DNA of 64,000 nt. It comes from Dehalococcoidia bacterium (GTDB lineage: Bacteria > Chloroflexota > Dehalococcoidia > UBA2979). The stretch covers positions 2,048,001-2,112,000 of the forward strand of contig OZ244720.1 of the NCBI GenBank assembly GCA_965219085.1, read 5' to 3'. A model generated the notes under the pieces. The model saw only the letters and a list, made by a program, of their open reading frames with translations. It was not told where the DNA came from and made no database searches. Within the stretch, counting starts at the first letter, position 1. Each line of letters opens with the position of its first letter. Shown here piece after piece: positions 56,380 through 64,000 of the stretch. Position numbers and translations under genes: made by a program.

Positions 56380-57636
56380 CTACTCGTGGTACCTCCGGAA
56401 CAGCAGGGCCGAGTTGTGGCCGCCGAAGCCGAGCGAGTTGGACATCGCGTACTCGATGTCGACGTCGCGGGCGCCCTCGGGCACGTAGTCGAGGTCGCAG
56501 TCGGGGTCGGGCACCTCGATGTTGCGGGTCATGTGGATGCGCTGGTCGCGCAGCGACAGGACGGTCGCCACCGACTCGATCGCGCCCGCCGCGCCGAGCG
56601 TGTGGCCGAGCATCGACTTACTCGAGCTGATCGGGATGGTGAGGGCGGACTCGCCGAAGACGGTCTTGATCGACATGGTCTCGAACTTGTCGTTGAGCGG
56701 GGTGCTGGTGCCGTGGGCGTTGATGTAGCCCACGTCGCTGGCGGCGACGCCGCCTTTGCGCAACGCGATGTTGATCGCGCGCGCCGCGCCCTCGCCGTTC
56801 TCGGACGGCTGGGTGACGTGGAAGGCGTCGGCCGACTGGCCGTAGGAGACGGCTTCGCACAGGATGGGCGCGCCGCGCTCCAGCGCGAACTCGAGGTCCT
56901 CGAGGATGAGCGTGCCGGCGCCCTCGGCGAGCACGAAGCCGTCGCGGTCCATGTCGAACGGGCGCGAGGCGTGCTCGGGGTCGTCGTTGCGCTTGGTGGA
57001 GAGTGCGCGCGAGGCGTGGAAGGCGGCGAGACCCATGCGCGTGACGCAGGCGTCGCTGCCGCCGGTGATCATCGCGCGCGCGTCGCCGCGGCGGATCGTC
57101 TCGAGCGCGGTGCCGATCGCATCGGCGCCGGAGGCGCAGGCGGAGACGGTGTTGTAGTTCGGGCCGCGCGCGCCGAAGCGGATCGAGACCTGCCCGGCCG
57201 CCATGTCGGAGATGAAGGCCGGCACCAGGAACGGCGAGATGCGCCCCGGGCCCTTCTCGAACAGCACCTGGAACTGGTCCTCCAGCCAGGCGAGCCCGCC
57301 CATGCCGGAGCCGATCATCGCCCCGATCTCGTCGGCCGCCGAGGAGACGTCGAGCCCGGAATGGTCGAGCGCGTCCTGCGTGGCCGCGATCGAGAGCTGC
57401 ACGAAGCGGTCCATGCGGCGCGCTTCCTTGCGGTCGATGAAGTCGCGCGGGTCGAAGTCCGTGACCTCGCCCGCGATGCGCGCCTCGAGGTCGGCGGATT
57501 CGCAGAGCGTGACCGGCCCGATCCCGTTCTCGCCCGCGAGCAGCGCATCCCAGGTGGCCTCCCGGCCGACGCCGAGTGCGGTCATCATGCCGACGCCGGT
57601 CACGACGACGCGGCGCTGCGTGGTGTCCTCGCTCAT
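56380..57636 (-). CDS. fabF: Beta-ketoacyl-ACP synthase II, copy 1
   Basis: SACASG, NAHGTST, GH.LGAAG, GFGGHN. Confidence 0.95.
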   Translation of the reverse strand: MSEDTTQRRVVVTGVGMMTALGVGREATWDALLAGENGIGPVTLCESADLEARIAGEVTDFDPRDFIDRKEARRMDRFVQLSIAATQDALDHSGLDVSSAADEIGAMIGSGMGGLAWLEDQFQVLFEKGPGRISPFLVPAFISDMAAGQVSIRFGARGPNYNTVSACASGADAIGTALETIRRGDARAMITGGSDACVTRMGLAAFHASRALSTKRNDDPEHASRPFDMDRDGFVLAEGAGTLILEDLEFALERGAPILCEAVSYGQSADAFHVTQPSENGEGAARAINIALRKGGVAASDVGYINAHGTSTPLNDKFETMSIKTVFGESALTIPISSSKSMLGHTLGAAGAIESVATVLSLRDQRIHMTRNIEVPDPDCDLDYVPEGARDVDIEYAMSNSLGFGGHNSALLFRRYHE

Positions 57637-58889
57637 GGTCCGCCCTCCCAGCGTCCGAATATCAGGGCCGAATTATGCCCCCCAAGCCCCACCGACGTAC
57701 TCATCGCGTGGCGTATCTCCATCGAGCGGGCCTCGTTCGGCACGTAGTCGAGGTCGCAGTCGGGGTCCGGCGTGCGGTAGTTGATCGTGGGCGGCGCCAT
57801 CTGCTGGTCGCAGGTCATCACCGTGATCGCCGCTTCCACGGCCCCGGCCGCGCCCATCATGTGGCCCAGCATCGACTTCGTCGAGGAGACCGCGAGGCGG
57901 TCCGCCTGGTCTCCGAAGACCTCGCGGATCGCGTGCGTCTCGACGCGGTCGTTCATCGGCGTGCTCGTGCCGTGCGCGTTGATGTAGTCGACCTCGCCAA
58001 CGTCGACGCCTCCGCCGGCAAGCGCCCGCCGCATCGCGTGGGTGATGCCGCGGCCGTCGTCGGCCGAGGCGACCATGTCGAAGGCGTCGCTCGCCGTGGC
58101 TGCGCCCTTCCACTCGGCGTAGATGTGGGCGTCGCGCGCGAGCGCGTGGTCGAGGTCCTCGAGGATGAGCACGCCGACGCCTTCGGAGATCACGAAGCCG
58201 TTGCGGTCGGCGTCGAAGGGGCGCGAAGCGAGCTTCGGGTCGTCGTGCTCGGCGAGGGCGCGCATGGCGGTGAATCCGGCGTAGTAGAGCGGGCGCAGTG
58301 GCGCCTCGAAGCCGCCGGCGATGATGACCTCGGCCTCGCCGCGGCGGATCAGCTCGGCCGCCTCGCCGACGGCCGCGCCGCCGGTGGCGCATGCGGCGGT
58401 GACCGCGAGGTTCGGACCCTGCGCGCCGAGCGCGATGGCGACGAGGCCCGACGCGGTGTCGGGCAGCGAGTTGGTGATCATGAACGGGCTTACGCGGCGC
58501 GCGCCCCGCTCGTCCATCACCTGCTGGCTTTCGACCAGCATGTAGGCGCCACCAATGCCGGTGCCGAGCACGATCCCGACGCTGCCCGGCTGCTGCCGCT
58601 CGAGGTCGAGCTGTGCGTCCTCGACGGCCTGCCGGGACGCAGCCATCGCCAGCACCGAGGATCGGTCGATGCGGCGCAGCAGCTTGGCGTCGACGTAGTT
58701 CGCGGGCTCGAAGCCCTTGATCTCCCCGGCGATCGGGCACGCGAAGTCCGAGGCGTCGAAGGCGGTGATGGGGGCGATGCCGGAGCGGCCCTCGACGAGC
58801 CCCTCCCACGTCGACTCCATGTCGAGGCCGAGGGGCGTGAGCGCCCCGAGCCCGGTCACCACCACGCGCCGGTCGGAACGCTCCGTCAT
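57633..58889 (-). CDS. fabF: Beta-ketoacyl-ACP synthase II, copy 2
   Basis: AACATG, NAHGTST, GHMMGAAG, GLGGHN. Confidence 0.93.
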   Translation of the reverse strand: MTERSDRRVVVTGLGALTPLGLDMESTWEGLVEGRSGIAPITAFDASDFACPIAGEIKGFEPANYVDAKLLRRIDRSSVLAMAASRQAVEDAQLDLERQQPGSVGIVLGTGIGGAYMLVESQQVMDERGARRVSPFMITNSLPDTASGLVAIALGAQGPNLAVTAACATGGAAVGEAAELIRRGEAEVIIAGGFEAPLRPLYYAGFTAMRALAEHDDPKLASRPFDADRNGFVISEGVGVLILEDLDHALARDAHIYAEWKGAATASDAFDMVASADDGRGITHAMRRALAGGGVDVGEVDYINAHGTSTPMNDRVETHAIREVFGDQADRLAVSSTKSMLGHMMGAAGAVEAAITVMTCDQQMAPPTINYRTPDPDCDLDYVPNEARSMEIRHAMSTSVGLGGHNSALIFGRWEGGP

Positions 58890-59896
58890 CAGGAAGGCGC
58901 CGCCTGTGTCGACCCCGGGGGCAGCACGGAGATCGGGATCGGCTCGACCTCGGCGTCGTTGAGGGACACCGCGGTCACGCTCTGGTCAGTCCGTCGCACG
59001 AGCCGCGCCAGCACGTGGCCGGGCCCGCTCTCGACGAAGGTGCGCACGCCCTGGTTGGTCATCTCGCGCACGTTGTCGGACCAGTACACCGGGGCGTGCA
59101 GCTGTTCGGAGAACTCCTCGCGGAGGTCGTCGGCGGTGTGCAGCAGCTTCGAGGTGCGGTTGGAGACGATCGGCCGGACAGGGTCGCTGATCGGGATCTC
59201 GCGGATGAGGTACGCAAACTCCTGGGCCTGCCCGTCGTGCAGCGGGGTGTGGCTGGACACCTTCACCTTGAGGCGGATCACCCGCCCCTGCAGCTCGCGC
59301 GCGCGGTCCATCGCGCGCTCGAGCGCGGTCACATCGCCGCTGATCACGGTCTGGGTGTCGAGGTTGTGGTTGGCGATGTCGACACGGCTCTCCGGCGAGA
59401 GCGTCGCCTCCTCGCAGAGCTGCTGCACGAGCTCGCCGTTGAGCCCGATGATCGAGGCCATCCCGACCGGGCGGCCCTCGTTGAAGCGGCTCATGAGCTT
59501 CGAGCGTTCGAGCACGATGAGCATCGCGTCGCGGAACGTGAGCGCCTCGGCGGCGACGGCGGCGCTGAAGAGCCCGAGCGAGTGGCCGCCGAAGAGTCGC
59601 GGGCGGATCGAGCGCCCGACCTCGGCCAGCTTCTCGTGCATCGCGCCGAGGAACGCCACGGAGGTGGTGAGCACGGCCGGCTGCGTGAAGGTGGTCTCGG
59701 AGAGCGCTTCGGCGTCTTCTTCGATGCAGATCTCGGCGACGTCCATACCGGCGATGTCGCTCGCCTCCTGGTAGACGCGGCGGGCGACCTCGGAGTGTTC
59801 GTACACGAGGCGACCCATGCCAGGCTGCTGCGAGCCCTGACCTGGGAAGAGGATGGCGACTGGATCGCTCTCGGGAGTGGGAGTGCCTTCGCTCAC
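58889..59896 (-). CDS. fabD: Malonyl-CoA:ACP transacylase
   Basis: FPGQGSQ, TQPA, GHSLG, SHTP, GPG.VL. Confidence 0.92.
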   Translation of the reverse strand: MSEGTPTPESDPVAILFPGQGSQQPGMGRLVYEHSEVARRVYQEASDIAGMDVAEICIEEDAEALSETTFTQPAVLTTSVAFLGAMHEKLAEVGRSIRPRLFGGHSLGLFSAAVAAEALTFRDAMLIVLERSKLMSRFNEGRPVGMASIIGLNGELVQQLCEEATLSPESRVDIANHNLDTQTVISGDVTALERAMDRARELQGRVIRLKVKVSSHTPLHDGQAQEFAYLIREIPISDPVRPIVSNRTSKLLHTADDLREEFSEQLHAPVYWSDNVREMTNQGVRTFVESGPGHVLARLVRRTDQSVTAVSLNDAEVEPIPISVLPPGSTQAAPS

Positions 59897-60112
59897 GGCG
59901 CTGGGTCTCCGGGGGAGGTGGGGTTTCGCGCGCAGGTGGTTGTGGGGCGCAATGGAAGCCCGCTCGTCCCCCCTGCGGCGGCCTCCCCTGCAGCGGCACT
60001 CTGGCGTGCGCGCCTGCCCGGTAATGGTACGGGACGGCGGCCCTGCAATGCTACGGCCCCCCGGCGCGCTTGCTTGTTCGCCGTCGCTCGATGGCCATAA
60101 TGGGTCTGCAAG

Positions 60113-61672
60113 CTACCCGTCGAGCGCCTTGCGCACCTCGGGCAGCGCGCGCAGCAGGTCACTGGCGGCAGCCGTCGCCGACCCCATCGCGCCTTCCAGC
60201 GCCCGGCCACACTCGCTGTGCAGGTAGACGGCCGCCGACGCCGCGTCGAACGGGTCCATGCCCTGCCCGATCAGCGAGGCGATGAACCCTGCCAGCACGT
60301 CGCCCGTCCCGGCTGTCGCCAGTACCGCGCTCGAGAACTCCGAGAGCCGCGCGCGGCCATCGGGCGCGGCGACCACGGTGTTCGCGCCCTTGAGCACCAC
60401 GACGCTGCCGGTGCGCCGCGCGTAGTCGACGGCGAGTCGCAGCCGGTCCCGCTGCACCTCTTCGACCGGGATGCCGAGCAGGCGCGCCATCTCGCCGGGA
60501 TGCGGCGTCAGCACGCGCGCGACGGCCAGCCCCTCGTGCCAGCCGGGCCGCTCGGCAACCGCGTTCAGCGCGTCGGCGTCGATCACCGCGGCGCGCAGGC
60601 CCTCGACCCCGTCGAGGCCGGCTAACACGTTCGCGACGAACGCCGCGGTCTCAGGCGTATGCGACAGTCCGGGGCCGATCAGTAATGCTTCGCAGCCCTC
60701 GAGCCCGCGCAGCAGCTCCGCTGCGGCGTCGGCGCTGACTGCGCCCCCGGCGTCGGGCAGCGGGTGGTGCGCGACCTCGGGCGTGCCGGCAGCCACGAGC
60801 GCCTGCGCCGACTCGGGCGCCGCGAGCACCACGAGCCCGGCGCCAGCGCGCAACGCGGCCTCCGAGGCGAGCCGCGCGGCGCCGGGGTAGCGACGCGAGC
60901 CGGCCGCGACAACCGTCGTGCCGAAGGTGCCCTTGTGCGAGTCGTCGGAGCGGAAGGGCATCCGTTCCTGCAGGTTGCGCTGGCGGATGTCCTCGAACGG
61001 CAGGTCGTCGCCGAGGCCTTCCGGGAGGCCGATGTCGGTCTCCACCACGTCCCCGGCGATCGCGCGGCCGGGCATGGCGAACAGGCCCACCTTCGCGAAC
61101 CCGAGCGCCACCGTCGTGTCCGCGCGCACCACGGCCGGGTCGGCGTGGCCGGTGTCGGGATCGACGCCCGTGGGCACATCGATGGATAGCAGGTGCGGGC
61201 GGAAGATGCGCTGCGCGCGCCGTTCGGCGAGCTTGTCGAGCACGAGTTCGAGCAGCCCGTCGATGGGCCGGGAGAGCCCGGTCCCGAGCAAGGCGTCAAC
61301 GACGCCGTGGGTCTCGGCAAGCCTCGCCTCCAGGCGCTCCAGGCCGGGATCCTCCTCGGCGCTCCATGCCTCGATGCCCTCTGCCTGCAGCGCCTGCCAC
61401 TGCGGATCGTCGTCGGGGCGGGGGCGCAGCAGGAACACGGAGACCTCGGCGCCCCACTCCTTGAGGTTGCGCGCGGCGGCGAGGCCGTCACCGCCGTTGT
61501 TGCCGGGGCCGACCAGCACGACGGCGTTGCGGCCCTCGGCGGCGCCCATGTTGATCCACGACTCCTGCGCCACGGCGACGCCGGCGTTCTCCATGAGTTG
61601 CGCCTCGGTCACGCCTTGCTCGGCGGCGACGGCTTCGAGGGCTCGCATCTGCTCAGCGGTGACGAGTTTCAT
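60113..61672 (-). CDS. nnr: Bifunctional NAD(P)H-hydrate epimerase/dehydratase
   Basis: LMENAG, GPGNNGGDG, HKGTFG, TPHPGE, AGTGDVLAG. Confidence 0.95.
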   Translation of the reverse strand: MKLVTAEQMRALEAVAAEQGVTEAQLMENAGVAVAQESWINMGAAEGRNAVVLVGPGNNGGDGLAAARNLKEWGAEVSVFLLRPRPDDDPQWQALQAEGIEAWSAEEDPGLERLEARLAETHGVVDALLGTGLSRPIDGLLELVLDKLAERRAQRIFRPHLLSIDVPTGVDPDTGHADPAVVRADTTVALGFAKVGLFAMPGRAIAGDVVETDIGLPEGLGDDLPFEDIRQRNLQERMPFRSDDSHKGTFGTTVVAAGSRRYPGAARLASEAALRAGAGLVVLAAPESAQALVAAGTPEVAHHPLPDAGGAVSADAAAELLRGLEGCEALLIGPGLSHTPETAAFVANVLAGLDGVEGLRAAVIDADALNAVAERPGWHEGLAVARVLTPHPGEMARLLGIPVEEVQRDRLRLAVDYARRTGSVVVLKGANTVVAAPDGRARLSEFSSAVLATAGTGDVLAGFIASLIGQGMDPFDAASAAVYLHSECGRALEGAMGSATAAASDLLRALPEVRKALDG

Positions 61673-61679
61673 GACGGTT

Positions 61680-62123
61680 TCACCCCAATAGGCCCCGGAG
61701 CCGCAGGAAGTCGACGAGGCGCCTGCGCGCTGCCTCCGGCTCTTGCTCGCGGCGTTCCTGCGTGCAGACCACGACGGCGATCGCGAACTCGTCGAGGTGG
61801 CTCAACGACACGTCGATGGCATCGAGGCCGATCACCTCGGCGCGCCGGGCGGCCCCGCCGCTGAGATACACCAGCGGTTTGCCGCGTTGGTCTGGCAGCA
61901 CCTCGATGTCGCGCCACGCCACCGAGCGCGCGCCGGTGCCGAGCGCCTTCATCACGGCCTCCTTGGCCGCGAACCGCGCCGCAAGCTCGCGCACCCGCCC
62001 GCGGCAGAACGCAACTTCCTCGGGCGTGAAGACGCGGCGCAGGAAGCGTTCCGGGTGGCGCTGTAGCACACGCGCCACGCGAGGAAGCTCGATCATGTCG
62101 ACGCCAACCGCATGCGTGCTCAC
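61680..62123 (-). CDS. acpS: Holo-ACP synthase
   Basis: GVDM, RFAAKEA..KALGTG, G.P, SLSH. GTG start 8 nt after TAGAAT. Confidence 0.93.
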   Translation of the reverse strand: MSTHAVGVDMIELPRVARVLQRHPERFLRRVFTPEEVAFCRGRVRELAARFAAKEAVMKALGTGARSVAWRDIEVLPDQRGKPLVYLSGGAARRAEVIGLDAIDVSLSHLDEFAIAVVVCTQERREQEPEAARRRLVDFLRLRGLLG

Positions 62124-62164
62124 GGCGCGCGATTCTAGCACGCGCGCGCCGCTATACTCCGCCC

Positions 62165-63043
62165 GTGCCCGCCAGCATCATCGACGGCAACGCGATCGCG
62201 GCCGAGATCCGCGGCGAAGTGGCAGCGCGCGTGCGCGCCCACGTCGACGCCGGAGGCGCCGTCCCGCAGCTCACCGCCGTGCTCGTCGGCGACGACGCGG
62301 CGTCCGCTACCTACGTCCGCAACAAGGCCCGCGCCTGCGCCGAGGCGGGCATCGACGCGCGCACCTTGACGCCCTCGGCCGACATAACGCAAGACGAGCT
62401 GCTCGACATCGTGCGCGGGCTCAACGCCGACCCGGTGGTCTCCGGCATCCTGGTCCAGCTCCCGCTCCCCCCGCACATCGACGAGCGCGTGATCACCGAG
62501 GCGGTCGACCCCGACAAGGACGTCGACGGCCTGCACCCCGTGAACCTCGGGCGGCTCGTGCAGGGGCAGCCGCACCTCGTGCCGGCCACGCCGGCAGGCG
62601 TGCAGCAGATCCTGCTCCGCACCGGCAACGACCCCGACGGCAAGCGCGTCGTCGTGGTGGGGCGCTCGACGCTCGTCGGGAAGCCGCTCGCGCTGCTGCT
62701 CGGCCAGAAGGCCGAGGGAGCGAACGCCACGGTCACGCTCGCCCACACCGGCACCACAGACCTCGCCGCCATCACCCGCGAGGCGGACATCCTCGTCGTC
62801 GCGGCAGGCCGCACGAACACGGTGACCGCCGGGATGGTGCGCCCGGGCGCCGTCGTCATCGACGTCGGCACGAACCGCGTCGACGACGCGACGCGCAAGC
62901 GCGGGTGGCGGCTGACGGGCGACGTGGAGTTCGAGGGCGTCTCGCAGGTCGCGGGCGCGATCACGCCGGTCCCCGGCGGCGTCGGCCCGATGACCATCGC
63001 CATGTTGTTGGCGAATACGTTGCGGGCGGCGGGGGTGGCGTAG
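62165..63043 (+). CDS. folD: Methylenetetrahydrofolate dehydrogenase/cyclohydrolase
   Basis: YVRNK, GILVQLPLP, KDVDG, GRS..VGKP, PVPGGVGPMT. Confidence 0.96.
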   Translation: MPASIIDGNAIAAEIRGEVAARVRAHVDAGGAVPQLTAVLVGDDAASATYVRNKARACAEAGIDARTLTPSADITQDELLDIVRGLNADPVVSGILVQLPLPPHIDERVITEAVDPDKDVDGLHPVNLGRLVQGQPHLVPATPAGVQQILLRTGNDPDGKRVVVVGRSTLVGKPLALLLGQKAEGANATVTLAHTGTTDLAAITREADILVVAAGRTNTVTAGMVRPGAVVIDVGTNRVDDATRKRGWRLTGDVEFEGVSQVAGAITPVPGGVGPMTIAMLLANTLRAAGVA

Positions 63044-63066
63044 GGCGTCGCTGTCCAGCTCAGACT

Positions 63067-63468
63067 TCAGGACGGTGTGCCGAGGGCTTCGCGCGGGCTG
63101 ACGGCACGGATCGGCGAGCCCTCGTAGTCCCGGAGATTCCTCGTCACGATGTGCCGCGCGTCGCACGCGCGTGCGGCCGCGACTTGCAGTGCATCCTCGA
63201 AGTCCGTCATCCGCAGCGAGGCGGCGTACCGCACCGACTCCGCGTTGGTCGGGGCGATGTCGACCGATTCGAGCAGGCCGAGAAGGAAACCGCGCGCGTC
63301 CACTCCCTTCCGATCCGCGACGTAGTACACGTTCGAGACGGTATGCCACGCGATGCAGGCCGGCTCGGGGCCATGCTCGGCCCGCTCGATGAATGTGGCG
63401 GAGATGTCGAAGTACGGTGGCCTCTGGAGGACGACATCGAGCAAAACATCGCTGTCGATAAGAATCAG
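63067..63468 (-). CDS. PIN domain (VapC-like) toxin, probable CTG start
   Basis: ILIDSDVLLD, DFEDA, IVTRN..DY. The CTG overlaps the antitoxin TGA. Confidence 0.85.
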   Translation of the reverse strand: MILIDSDVLLDVVLQRPPYFDISATFIERAEHGPEPACIAWHTVSNVYYVADRKGVDARGFLLGLLESVDIAPTNAESVRYAASLRMTDFEDALQVAAARACDARHIVTRNLRDYEGSPIRAVSPREALGTPS

Positions 63469-63869
63469 AGGTCGTACTTCCGCGCCAGGTAGTCGTATCG
63501 TGGATCCTCGCCGGGGGGCGGCCCAGGCTTGTCTTTCAGGATGCCGGCCCACCGTTGCGCCCAGGATGTCGCGCCCTCGCGCGGGGGATCACCCGGCGGC
63601 AGTTCGAACCCCGAGAGGTCGCCCGAGTCGTTTTCGGGGGGCGCGCCGTTTTCCGGCTCCTGTAGCTTGGACTTCTTGGCCAGGTAGCCGTCGTCGTGGT
63701 CCCCATCGATCAGGGCTTCCTCGGTCTCGTCCGTTGCGTTCGGCTCGACCGACAACTCGCGCAGCGATTGCTCGACGAGCGAGGACAGCGAGACGCCGCG
63801 CGAGCGCGCGTGGCGCTTCGCCGACGCGATCAGCTCGGCGTCCACGTTGACCGTCAGCCGCTTCTTCAT
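63465..63869 (-). CDS. DUF6364-like RHH antitoxin with an acidic insertion
   Basis: MKKRLT..D..LI..AK..A..SLS.LVE and YL..KY tail; lies upstream of the PIN gene. Confidence 0.82.
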   Translation of the reverse strand: MKKRLTVNVDAELIASAKRHARSRGVSLSSLVEQSLRELSVEPNATDETEEALIDGDHDDGYLAKKSKLQEPENGAPPENDSGDLSGFELPPGDPPREGATSWAQRWAGILKDKPGPPPGEDPRYDYLARKYDL

Positions 63870-64000
63870 CGCCCGCCCGCTCCTGCCGCCCGTGAGGGTG
63901 CGGACCCAGTGTATACGCGCCGAGGAGCGATCCCGGCCCCTTGCTCAGTATCCGGATCCTGCTATCACGCGCGCCTCACCCCCGTCGCGTTCTGCCCCCG

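Noticed and set aside
56380-59896. Type II PKS KS/chain-length-factor pair
   Set aside because: Both ketosynthases retain Cys-His-His and look like FabF. No cyclase or tailoring genes are nearby.
54534-63034. Identical 15-mer ttgcgggcggcgggg near the 3' ends of recJ and folD
   Set aside because: Both encode LRAAG. GC-rich 15-mer matches are expected by chance at this scale.
9254-63492. Long alternative-frame ORFs (e.g. 9254-11104, 51458-53275, 57576-59774, 61762-63492, and the 5' part of 40279-42612)
   Set aside because: Shadow ORFs of high-GC coding DNA. They are Arg/Ala/Pro-rich, lack motifs and overlap well-supported genes.

Overview
GC-rich bacterial chromosomal window. It is most consistent with Chloroflexota/Dehalococcoidia, possibly sponge-associated; this is inferred from a T-box, GAAC-N4-GTTC LexA boxes, a eukaryote-like LRR protein and paralog duplications. 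The backbone carries dppB/dppB/dppC, a cell-envelope cluster, tyrA-aroA-gmk, divergent SOS-boxed imuB and dnaE2, a Trp T-box-led trp operon broken up by passenger genes, aroH-scpA, ribF-tyrS, tandem enoyl-CoA hydratases, EF-G2, recJ, fabF-fabF-fabD, nnr, acpS and folD. Small accessory cassettes sit between backbone genes: decayed GHKL ATPase and NucS-RAMA-ATL genes, Fic, LRR, a metallopeptidase, two PIN toxin-antitoxin pairs, PIN-GNAT-EVE + ASCH, and a TIGR04255-like module. Main observations: (1) three integrase-free cassettes are each bracketed by a direct duplication of the neighbouring gene end or promoter; (2) a hairpin repeat (GCGGGG-ATA-CCCCGC) sits in frame inside proteins, and one variant copy has compensatory base changes; (3) a palindromic bidirectional SOS promoter has been split by the LRR gene; (4) a three-domain nuclease/modified-DNA-reader pseudogene can be reconstructed. 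No rRNA, tRNA, transposase, integrase or true CRISPR array was seen. All family calls are by motif recognition, without database searches.
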